A model generated the notes under the pieces. The model was not told the DNA's origin and ran no database searches. It saw only the letters and a program-made list of their open reading frames with translations. Positions 42,859-53,400 of a DNA stretch of 64,000 bases are shown in pieces. Made by a program: the position numbers and the translations under genes. This stretch comes from Chloropicon primus (taxonomy: Eukaryota), in NCBI GenBank assembly GCA_023205875.1, contig CP060767.1, positions 248,001 to 312,000 on the forward strand, in the 5' to 3' direction. Position 1 is the first letter of the stretch. Each line of letters starts with the position of its first letter.

Positions 42859-44661
42859 TTAGGCGGCCTCCGCTTGGATGGCTTGGACAGCCTGGTTGTA
42901 CACCTCGTGCTTCTTTGTGCCGTAGATGAGCCTCTCCTGGTCGTGGCCGGCGAGGATTTGGCCGACGAGGGGGAGCCCCAGCTCCTCCTTGAAGAGCCTG
43001 TTGAACTTTTCCTCGCGGGTGGTGGGGGGAAGGAGCTCGTAAGGGACCCCCCGGTACGTCTTTGGGGTCCAATTCGAAGCGAGGACGTACATCACGTGCA
43101 GGTCTGTGCTGTAGGGGGCGAAGACCTCCCAACTCGGCCCGTGCTCGCCCACGGCCTCGTCCGTGCTCTCGTACGCCAGCAGGAGGGCCCCGTGCTGCGT
43201 CAGGGTCTCCAGGTCCGAAGGGGGGATCCTCTCGTCCAAGCCGTTCAGAGTCACCACCGTGTAATTGTCCCCCTTCCGGAAGGACCACTCCCGGTCGCAG
43301 TGAAGCTCGCCGGCCCTGTCGTACCACCCGTCCCTCCAGTTCTGCCGCCACGCCTCGGGGTGCGAGGGGGACGAGTCCGTGCCCCTCACGTGCTCCAGCA
43401 CCCTCTCCGACTCGCTGTCCATGAGCCAGCACCGGAGGGACTCCATGCCCGCCTCGCTCGCCAGGACCCGGTCCACCAGGGCCTGGACGGGGTCCTCGGC
43501 CTCCGGGGTCCACACCAAGTCGTTCTCTCCCGTGCGCTGCTCCCCCTCGCTGTCGTCGACCTGGCGGAGGAGGTCCGTGGTGAGCCCCAGCTGCTCCGGG
43601 CTCGCCGCGAACACCCAAGCCGCCTGGCAGAACTTGCGATGGGCGTGGAACCAAGGCTGCTGGTCCCTCTGGGACACCAGGACCTTCCCGTCGACCATCC
43701 ACTTTGTGGTGGACCACAGGAAGCTCGGCCTCCTCGTCACCAGGGTCGTCGCGAAGGGGTGGCCGCCTCCCGGGTGCATGTGCTGCACGGCGCAGGACAC
43801 CGGCCGGGTCCGCCCCTCGCGGTCCCCGGCGCTCCACTTGAGGGCGATCTCCTGGTAGAACACCATCGGGGGCGCGGGGTACTCCCGGATGTCGTTCAGG
43901 TGAAACGTCAGGGCAAAGTGGTCGCCCGAGGAGGCGTTGAAGGGCAGCCCGTGACCCTCCGGGTAGGTCCTAAGATAGCACGACGTCCCCCCGAGGTCCT
44001 CGCTGCAGGTGGTGTCCCCGTGACTCTCCAAGCAGTGGTTCACGCCGTTGTACGCGATGTGCACGTGGTGGGAATACACGGGAGGGTGCCCCAGCACTCG
44101 ACCCGTCTCGTCCACCGGGGCAGATACCTTGCCGGTGATGAACTTGGCCCTCCTCGGCACCGGAAGGGGCCTCACCCAAACCTGGTGCCAGTCCGTGCCA
44201 CCGACGCCGACGAAGGGACCGAACCGGTAGATCTGCCACCCCGTGCCGCCCTCCTCCCGGCCCTCCCCGTCGTCCACCACCTCGCAGGCCCTGATGCTCA
44301 AGTACCTCTCCTCCTTGGGATCGAGGACTTTGGTTGGCTTGACAAACCTGTCCCCGAACAGGTAGGTGGACAGGACGCCTTCCCTCGCAGCATCCACGCT
44401 TCGCCACCCTCCAGCCTCGTCGCACTGCGCCGTCCTCTTCCTCACGTAGTCCGACATCTTGCCCCTCCGGTGCGCTCCCACCCCTCGCCCGTTATAACGT
44501 ACCGCGGACTCCTCCAGCGACCTCTTCGTAACGCTCGAGCTCTTCCTTGCTGGCGAAGAAGCCAAGTTGGTCCGAGAAAAGAAGAAGGCGAAGGCGACGA
44601 GAAGTATCGCCAGCACCAGGGCGGAGCCTCCTCCCCCCCGCCGAGAAGAACTCGACGCCAT
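42859..44661 (-). CDS. Type II membrane/secreted His-motif protein, paralog 2, ~600 aa
   Basis: ATG 44661 (MASSSSRRGGGGSALVLAILLVAFAFFF); same motifs; 43161-43764 is identical by eye to 41124-41727. Confidence 0.8.
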   Translation of the reverse strand: MASSSSRRGGGGSALVLAILLVAFAFFFSRTNLASSPARKSSSVTKRSLEESAVRYNGRGVGAHRRGKMSDYVRKRTAQCDEAGGWRSVDAAREGVLSTYLFGDRFVKPTKVLDPKEERYLSIRACEVVDDGEGREEGGTGWQIYRFGPFVGVGGTDWHQVWVRPLPVPRRAKFITGKVSAPVDETGRVLGHPPVYSHHVHIAYNGVNHCLESHGDTTCSEDLGGTSCYLRTYPEGHGLPFNASSGDHFALTFHLNDIREYPAPPMVFYQEIALKWSAGDREGRTRPVSCAVQHMHPGGGHPFATTLVTRRPSFLWSTTKWMVDGKVLVSQRDQQPWFHAHRKFCQAAWVFAASPEQLGLTTDLLRQVDDSEGEQRTGENDLVWTPEAEDPVQALVDRVLASEAGMESLRCWLMDSESERVLEHVRGTDSSPSHPEAWRQNWRDGWYDRAGELHCDREWSFRKGDNYTVVTLNGLDERIPPSDLETLTQHGALLLAYESTDEAVGEHGPSWEVFAPYSTDLHVMYVLASNWTPKTYRGVPYELLPPTTREEKFNRLFKEELGLPLVGQILAGHDQERLIYGTKKHEVYNQAVQAIQAEAA

Positions 44662-45166
44662 CCTCGCTTTCCTCTCTCTCTCCAAAAAAAACCAGCGCCC
44701 CAGCCGCGGGTCTACCTGTGGACCACAGCACTTTTTTGGGCTACCCGCGCTCCAAGATGGATGGATGGATGAAGTTTTGGTTGGAGCATGCTTTGACACG
44801 ATATGGGGATGGGGATGGGGATTGGGAGGCAGAGAGAGGGTGGAGGGGGGTGGCACTGCAAGATTCACTGTCTCCTGCTCTTTCGATGGATCCCCTCATT
44901 CACTTGGCCTCTCTGCCTCTCCAGTCTGGGCAATCGAGAACTTTCGTGGTCCACATCGTGAGCGAGCTTTGGCACGATGGGAGGCAGAGAGGGGGCACTG
45001 TCTCCTGCTCTTTCGGTGGATCTTCTCACTCACTTGGTCTCTTTCACCTTGGACTCCTGTCTGTCGCGACACCGGATCGATCAAGGCCTCCTGGTGGTTG
45101 TGGTAGTTGTACACATACATAACATGATCTCGTCGTCGTTTCATTTACTCTTGTTGCTGCTGCTCT

Positions 45167-47251
45167 CTACGCCTGCTCGGAGCCGTCGCGGAGGTCAAGC
45201 TGCTTTCGGGCCTCGTCGTAGTACCTGTGCTTGAAGGACTTGGCCATCCGGTCGCGCATGACGTCCTTGGGCGTGGACGCGAAGCTCACGTTGCTGAAGT
45301 ACCCGCCGTACTGCTCTTGCAGAGGGACGCCGTCGGCGAGCCATTTGACCGTCCCGTTGTCCTCCACGGACTTTAGGTAATCCGACTGCACGTTGTACTG
45401 CAGGTGCTCGCCGCTCGTGAAGGTCCCAAAGGCCTCAAAGTTCGGGCCCTTCCTCGGCCCGGTCGTCTCGTACACGAGCCAGAACCCCTGGTGCTGGAAG
45501 GTCGCGATGCTCTGGTTCCTCATCTCGTCGTGGACCCCGTTGAGGGTCACGATGGTGTAACTGTCCCCCTTCTTGAATTCCCAAGGCTTGCAGTGCACCT
45601 CGCCGGCCCTGTCGTACAAGTTCCCCTTCCAGTTCTGCTGCCACGCCTCCGGAAATTGGGAGGAGGAGTTCGTGGCGTCCACCCTCTCGAGAATCTTCTC
45701 CGCGTCGCTGGACCTGAGGTAGCACCTCAGGGATTCCAGCCCAGCTGTGCTGTTTCCCACCCTGGCCCTCAGGGCCTCCACCACGTCCTCGGCACCGTCC
45801 ACCGTCCAGACATAGTCGTAGTCAGACGGCTTGAGGTTGTTGACCTGGTCGTCCACCTTGAACAGGAGGTCAGAGGTCAGGCCGAGGTCCTCCGGGCTCG
45901 CCGCGAAGGCCCACATCGCCTTGAAGTAGGGCCGGTGGGCGTGGAACCAAGGCAGCTGGTCCTCGGGGGAGATGACCACTTTGCCATCGACGAGCCACTT
46001 GCCGGTGTTCCAAGTGTAGCTCGGCCTCTGGGCCACCATCCTGGTCGCGAAGGGGGAGCTCGACGAGGGCTTGGCGTGAAGCATCCCGGTCGAGATGGGC
46101 CTCAGGTCCTCGTCCGAGCTCCACTTGATGGCAATCTCCTGGAAGAACACCATCGGGGGCGCAGGGTAATCTCTCTTGTCAATCTGCAGAAAGTCCAGCG
46201 ACAGGTAATCCTCGCTCGCGTCGGATGTGTTGTACGGCATCCCGAGCCCTTCCGGGTAAGTGTGGAGGTAGCATGCCTTGCCCCCGTTCTCCTCGCTGCA
46301 CACGGTGTCCCCGTGGCTCTCCAGAACGTGCTCGAGCCCATTCACCTTGGTGTGCACGTGGTGGCTATAGATGGGCGGATACCCCAGGAACTCGCCGGTC
46401 ATCGACACCGGGCCGCAGAGCTTGCCGGTCAGGAACTTGGCCTTGCTGGACATGTTGGGCAGGGGGTGGACGTACGTCTGGTGCCAATCATAGCCCCCTG
46501 TCCCCACGTAGGGCCCCAAGCGGTAGATCTGCCAGCCGCTCTCCCCTCCCGCTTCCTCCGTGCCGCACGTCATCATCGACAGGTGCCTCTCCTCGTGAGC
46601 GTAACTCGCGCTGTGGTTGCCGTACAAGTAGCTGTTCAGCAAGTTCTCCCTCGCCATGTCGATCGAGACCCACCCCCCGGCTTCATCGCACTGCTCCCTC
46701 CTCAGGGCCACGTACCCGTCGAGCTTCCGGCGTCGGTAGTCCCCCAGGCTTTCCCTCTCAGCAGCAGCAGCAGCAGGAGGAGGAGGAGATTCAGCGGAGG
46801 AGGGAGGATCCACCACCTCCACCACCTCCTCCGTCACCTCCACCACCTCCTCCGTCTCCTCCACCCTCGGCAGCAGCACCTCGAGCTCGGTGTCGTGGTG
46901 CACCTCGTCCAGGAGGGCCTTGCTCCTCGTAGTCGTCGTCGCCGTCGTCGTCGTCGCGTGGCGATGGATAAGCTGCTTCTCCATGGCGGCGGCGTCAAGG
47001 CTCGCGTGACGGTGGTGAAGGGCCTCCGAGGTCTCGCCCTGGCCAGACCACCTGGCGACGCCAAGGGAGCCCAGCAGGACAAGGCCCAGGAGGAACGCCA
47101 TGGACAGCACACCGGGGAATCGCGACTTCCTGCGAAGTCGAGGGCCGAACCTCGCGGAGGAGGACGACGACGAGGAGCCTGACGGAGACCTGGACAGCAA
47201 CGGACTCCCGTGGTCCTTCCAACTGGACGACGCCAACGAAGTGGGCGGCAT
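45167..47251 (-). CDS. Type II membrane His-motif protein, paralog 3 (most diverged), 694 aa
   Basis: TM VLSMAFLLGLVLLGSLGVA, a low-complexity stalk, then GGYDWHQ, GYPPIYSHHVH, LESHGD, WFHAH, YDRAG, FQHQG. Confidence 0.8.
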   Translation of the reverse strand: MPPTSLASSSWKDHGSPLLSRSPSGSSSSSSSARFGPRLRRKSRFPGVLSMAFLLGLVLLGSLGVARWSGQGETSEALHHRHASLDAAAMEKQLIHRHATTTTATTTTRSKALLDEVHHDTELEVLLPRVEETEEVVEVTEEVVEVVDPPSSAESPPPPAAAAAERESLGDYRRRKLDGYVALRREQCDEAGGWVSIDMARENLLNSYLYGNHSASYAHEERHLSMMTCGTEEAGGESGWQIYRLGPYVGTGGYDWHQTYVHPLPNMSSKAKFLTGKLCGPVSMTGEFLGYPPIYSHHVHTKVNGLEHVLESHGDTVCSEENGGKACYLHTYPEGLGMPYNTSDASEDYLSLDFLQIDKRDYPAPPMVFFQEIAIKWSSDEDLRPISTGMLHAKPSSSSPFATRMVAQRPSYTWNTGKWLVDGKVVISPEDQLPWFHAHRPYFKAMWAFAASPEDLGLTSDLLFKVDDQVNNLKPSDYDYVWTVDGAEDVVEALRARVGNSTAGLESLRCYLRSSDAEKILERVDATNSSSQFPEAWQQNWKGNLYDRAGEVHCKPWEFKKGDSYTIVTLNGVHDEMRNQSIATFQHQGFWLVYETTGPRKGPNFEAFGTFTSGEHLQYNVQSDYLKSVEDNGTVKWLADGVPLQEQYGGYFSNVSFASTPKDVMRDRMAKSFKHRYYDEARKQLDLRDGSEQA

Positions 47252-47469
47252 GGTGCTCGAGCGCTTTGAGGAGCCAAGCCTCTATGAGGGGCGTTACGCC
47301 TTGCGCCTCGGAATAACGCCTTTCATCGAACGATTCGGGTTCCGTGGAGCAGATATCGTGCATTAAAAAGTATTTCATTCGAAGAGAGGCTTGAAGCTAA
47401 CAAAAATCTGTGCTGTGGTCGTCGAGAGACAGCGAAATCGATGGGGTCTCCATCCCAAGGCCAGGTAAA

Positions 47470-50400
47470 CTATTTACCGCCACCGCCGACCTCGCTCACC
47501 TCCCCCGGGGCTTGGACGGAGAAGACCTGCCTCTTGTCCTTGACGCCCTTGAAGGAGCGCATTCCCTTGTCATTGAGGTCGATGTCGACCCACTTGCCCT
47601 CGTTCGCGAACTCCATGCCCTTGAGGAAGCAGGACGGGTGGTCCCGGTCGTCCCCGAACCCGAGGACTTGGCTCAGGTCGGCGTAGGAGGACAAGTGAAT
47701 GTCTCCCGGCTTGGTGTTCTTCGCGACGCGGGCGGACAGGTTGACCATTGGGCCAAAGTAGTCGGCCCGGCCGGTCTGGACGTGGGGGGTCACCTTGGTG
47801 GGCATGCCGTAGCAGATGCCGATCTGGACGAGGACCATGTGCCGCATCTGCACGGACGAGCTGCGGGGAACCGTGCCGGAGAAATCCATGCTGCTCTGGC
47901 TGTCGAAGAGGCCGTCCAGGCTGTTGTGCTCGGGCGAGGACCAGGTCTCGCTGCTGCCCTGGCCCTGCGAGGAGGAGGAGGAGAAGGACGCCGTTCGCAG
48001 GTACTCCTCCATTTCCCTGTCGATGCTCTTGGGCCTGGGCCTCCTCACCTTGCTCAGGAAGCCCTCCTTCGCCTCCATCACGCTGTCGCTCGAGTTCCAG
48101 TCCGCCCGCCTGAGAATGAGCTGCAGGTGGACGCTCCAAGCGACGGCGTCGTCCACGGTGGGGAAGGACAGGAAGAAGCACCCCGTCCCGACCTCCTGGC
48201 TCTCGTACCCGTTGTACCTCGCCAGCAAGATTCGCACGGTCTGAGAAAAGTTGTCCACGGCCTTGCTCGCGAGACCCGACTTTTGGAAGGCCTGCGCGAC
48301 TCTGGGGTAGGTGAACACCAGGGCGACGTGCTCGCCGTGGGCGCCGGGAGCATTCTGCGCACCAACGGAGAGGATGCGCTGGGACTCCAAAGGTCCAAAG
48401 ACGTTAGTGCGGTCCTGCAGCACTTTGGGCAGCATCTCGATCAGCTTGACGGGCTGAGCAAAGTACCTGACGTCGTGGGCCCCCAAGTCCGTGACTTGTG
48501 TTTGACTCAAGGACAATCCCCTCTGCCACTTGCTGTCGAAGAAGGATGAGGAGAGCACAGTCTGGCCACCGCTCGCGATGCGTGCCAGCTCCAGAGCTTG
48601 CAGGATGCCCTTGTACTTGTAAGAGATCGTGTGACCTGAACCGTTTGATCTGTAGGTCTCAGAATCAAACAAGGAAAATTTCTCGATGTGGTCCACGTGG
48701 GCGGACATGGCAACGCAGGGGCCATTGAAGAGAGGGATGCCATCTCTCGAGTAGGGCGGCCCCGCTCTTCCAAACGCTTCGTTGATGGACTTTGGCCACG
48801 GGTACTCCATGAGCGTGGTCTGCGCTGCAAGAGTGAACCTCACGGCAGATGAAGAGGTCTTGAAAGCGATCATCATCATTTGCTGCGGACTGTCCACCTC
48901 CTCCACCGTGCGGATGACGTACCCGCCAAACTGGGAGACAAGGGCCTCAAGGGTAGAGGACACAATGTCCACAGCTTGGTGGTGCTCATTCGTGAAGTAC
49001 ATCGTGGCGTTGGCGTTTTCGTGCCCAGGCCGGTCCGAAGAGCTTCCCAATAGCCTCTTCCTCGACAAGGTCTTCTCCAGCTTGCTCGAAATGCTTCTGT
49101 CGAGCTTCTTCTTGGATACGATAATCGGATTCTTGTACTCTGGGACGAATTCTGGAGATCCCAGCTCGCCCGATGGCTCGGCACTCCTCTTCCCACCCAC
49201 GGAGGCCGTCTTGCTTGCACGCTCACGCTTTCCGATCAATGTGATGAAGTTTTCAACAACACCAAAGAAACGAGAGGGCTCGATGATCGCGCACACAATG
49301 GCAACCTTGCCGTCCATCGAGGGAACGATGTTCATGCCCTGTCCCTCGTCCACCATATCAACATCTCGGAGAGCTGGGAACACGCGCTCACAAACGGAAG
49401 ACCTCGCCGGAGACACTTGAAGAATGCGGATGGGAAGACCCTCTTCGCCAACTTCATAGCTGCCCAGGTCCTCGAAGATGGGGTATCCTGCTGCACCCTC
49501 ATCCCCGGTCGCCATCAACTGTCTCCAAGCAGCCTCGCTTACGAGAATCTGTCCTCCGTGGCCAACATCTGACAACATGCTCGTCGTCTGCCAAGGCTTG
49601 CCTCCATAAGCAACCCTCCTTGTCGTTGGATGAGACTTTGCCATGTAAGTGCCCCCTTTCGCAAAGTGCACTGCCATCCGCACCCTTGGTCCGGACCAAA
49701 CGTACTTGTTCCTGTACAACTTGGATTCGACTTTCTCGCACTCGTGCAGGTTCTGCACGGCTGGCGGCCAATCGTACTTGAGCAAGTCTTCCTGGACTTT
49801 GAAACAGAACAGCAAGGACGTGACCACGTTGGGGAACATGCACTGGAAAGCGTCTCCTTCCGTGTCCACCTCGTGGCCTCCGAGCTCGGCCAATGCGTTC
49901 CTCATGATCTCGTCATGGGCCTCTTGCAACAGGAGGTAGGCGTCCGCGTCTTGCTCGCAGAGCTTTGTGGACGACTGGATGTCGGTGAAAATGAAGATGC
50001 GGTCTTTGCTGTTGTCGGCGTCGAACGTGTAGGAGTCCGAGAGGCTGATGGATCCTTCCTCGGCACTAAGCTTGCCGGCCTTTGTTCCGGTACCCTGGAG
50101 GTAGGTGTACACGGAGTTGTTCAGCTTCCTCAGCCACCGTTCCTCCTTTGTTTTCGCATTTTGTCTCTTGATGTACCTTGCGACAAAGAAAGCAACGATT
50201 CCTGCTGTCAACAGACAGCCCAAAGTCACCCCCACACCGACACCAATGATGACTTGACTATTCATAATTCCCGAGTCTGGCATAGGCACTACTGCAGGGG
50301 ACCTGACCTTTGACGACGGCAAGCCTGCCATGCTGATCCCAACGACCTCCGCACTGAATAGCGTTCCATTGGTCACATCGTTTGGATCCAACAGACCTTG

Positions 50401-53400
50401 CACAGATCTCTGATCCCCTGCAACAGAAGTCACATTGTAGAGCTTGTCGTTGCGAAGCAGTGTCACAGTGTAGTCCTTCACACCACTCAAGCTCTGAAAA
50501 CCGTGCCACGAGATACTGTAAGGGCCATGAATGTCCACATCAAGCAAAACCCGGGCTTCGGTCACGTTCGGTGGCATCAAGTCAATCATCGTCCCCTGAG
50601 ATGTGCGTATTTCCGCCGTAGCTCCTGTGAGGTCGTACGCCTTCATGATCACATAGTACGTCTGCCCATCGACTAGAGATATGTGTCTGTCTTCCACATT
50701 CCACGTATAGCTTACCATGGTGCCGTTCCGCGCCGTGAATTGAACGTCTCGAATGCTCGTCATTGGGTTGACGTTCGCATCGTGCGGCGACGTTCCGATG
50801 CCAAACTCGTATTGAACGCTTGCGTTAAAGCTCTCTGGCAGCTCGTCTTGCAGTTCATACTTGGGGAACATGAAATTGAGCTCCATGGGGTGGCTCGAAA
50901 ACCTAGTGGAGGTCACAGCACATCTCATCTCTGCCGAACTTGCCGACTCCAAGTCGCTGAATATGCAAGTAGGGGCAGAAACGTCTTTGCACGGCTTCTT
51001 CAGGTTCGTGTATAACGCCACGATATGCATGTGGCAGTCATCAGGAACAGAGCCACAGACATCCTCGTTGCCACTTAAGTACACCGTCTCCAACGCGGCA
51101 TCGCTTCTGCAGAGATACGGATCAATCGGTCCCTTGTAGTTGTTGTACACCAAATTCGCCATTCGCACAGCCTTCTTGTTCAGGAGATCCCATGGGATGA
51201 AGCCCGAGAGATATTGGTTGTTTCCAACATAGAAATTCCATGGCAGGCGCTCTATCTCTTCAGAAATGTTGAGCTTCGTCAGGTTCGTGTTGTACTCCAC
51301 AGCAAAAATGCGATTTGAGCTTTCGCTGCTGTTCTCCTCCCCACCGTCGTGCCGCAAGAGTCTCCTCCGATCTTGCCTCGAGTACACAAGTCCTGATGCA
51401 GTCGGTGACCCTATGCCTTTGATGGCAGGCAGCGATACCGAGACGAGGTTCTCATTGCTGCCTATGACGAAAGAACCCGCGACATTCGTCAAGTTTGTGA
51501 GTTGGTCAACACTTTTCAAGGCCGGGTTATTGAAAAGCGCAAACGTCCCTTCCATGGTTGCAAGATTCTCAAGACCTGTCAAGTTCAGGAGCTTCTGGTT
51601 CAGTTGGATGTCGACAGAGCCGCCGATCTCCATCAGGAACTCAAGTCCAGAAAGGCTCTTGAGCCATGGATTGTACTTCACCGACAAGGTAGCGCCAATG
51701 CGGTTCAGGGACAGCATGCCCTTCATGCTCAAGAGGTACGAATTGCTGACTAAAGACATCGCGCCACCGATGGACCGAAGACCACCCAAGCCCCGCAAAC
51801 TCCTCAAGCCTGTTCTCGAAAGCACCAGGGACTCACCGATACGTTGCAAGCTTGCAAGACCGGCCAAACTTCGAAGTTTTCTGTTCCCATCCAAAACAAA
51901 AGATCCACCCAAGTGTTTCAGAGCAGCTAAGCTCCTTATGCTTCTCAGGCCACTGTTGGTTTGGAGTATGATCGAGTCGGTCACATTGAGAAGCTTCTCC
52001 GTGCCTTTCAAGCTCCTCAGAGTGGGGCAATCCACGATGATCAAGCTGCCTTTGATCTTTGTCACATTCTCAAGAGCGGAAAGATCCTCGATTGCGGATC
52101 CGTTCATGGTCCGGCAAGCTCCGATGATAATGCTTCTGCCTAACTCCCCAGTAACCGTGCTTCCGTGCTTTGCGATGAAGCTTGTGAGGTTGGCTACTGT
52201 GGATATGGGCTCCACGAACTCGTAGCTCACTGATGTGCCACCGCACTGCTGTATGGTTCTGTTCCTCGACGGAGCGAGATCCACTATATTCTTCACAGTC
52301 GCTGTCTTCACGAGGTTGAGCTTGACGCTCTTGTAGCTCGGATCCACATTGAGCACAAAGGGGGGCGGCAGCTCCGAGCCTGAAGCCCTGAAAACATCCA
52401 AGCCCCTCTTGTAAGTGTCATTGAAAACAGACACTGTAAACTCATTTATCGTAGGCCCGTTCAAAATCGGGTTGTAAAAGTTGTGACCACTGGAGAAGTC
52501 ATTGCAAATGCCTTGGTCCCCGTTGATAGAGGTGTAGAACTTGTTGAAGTCCAAAACCAAGACAGAGGTACTGTTGGACGCTTCAAACACTTTGGTTTCC
52601 CAGGCACACGAAGTCCCTTTGAACTGCTGCATTTCGATTCCCAGGCTGTCGAACACAATCTCCCCTTGATTGTCAAGCTCGGCCGCATACCCGAGAGGAC
52701 TGCAACTTGTTCGGTGATCGGCCACAGTAAGGGATTGCGGATTGGCTCGGAACGCCACAAGACCACTGGGGAGGTCATCCGGGAACATTGGCTGTTGTCC
52801 ACCACCATCATTGACGCATGATGACCCAAGACTTGTTCCGGCCCAAAGGTGAACAAAACTTTGCAATTGGGCCGCATCGTTCAAGCTCTCGTCGCTTTTC
52901 ACGAAGCTTTCATTCTCAAGGATGGCCGATTTCACTCCTGACACGCACGAGGGCACCGTGCCGCAAACATTAATGTTATGGCTCATGTCCAGCTTTGAGA
53001 CCCTCGCAAGCAGATCGCAGTAGGAGTCCGGAATTTGGCCATAAAAATCGTTGAAGGACAAGTCGACCGAGGTCAAATTGCCCTCAAGACTGTTGAGCCA
53101 ATCGATCACCGTGGCGATGGGCATGTGCAAGCGCTGATTGTTCGATATCACAACGGACCCTTCCCCGATCGTCTTGATACGCTGGATCCCCTCCAGCGAC
53201 TCGAGGTTGAGGTTGTTGATCACAAAAATGCCTCCTTCCACCCCCGTCATCTCGGAGATGATCGGATTGCCATCCGCCATCTCCTGGAAGGTCATTTCCT
53301 GCGACCCGTAGAGCGTCATCCATCCCGGGAGGACGCCGTCATCGAGCTCGATATCTTCTTCACGCGTGGCATTGCTGGTCGACTGCAACAACTCCCTTCG

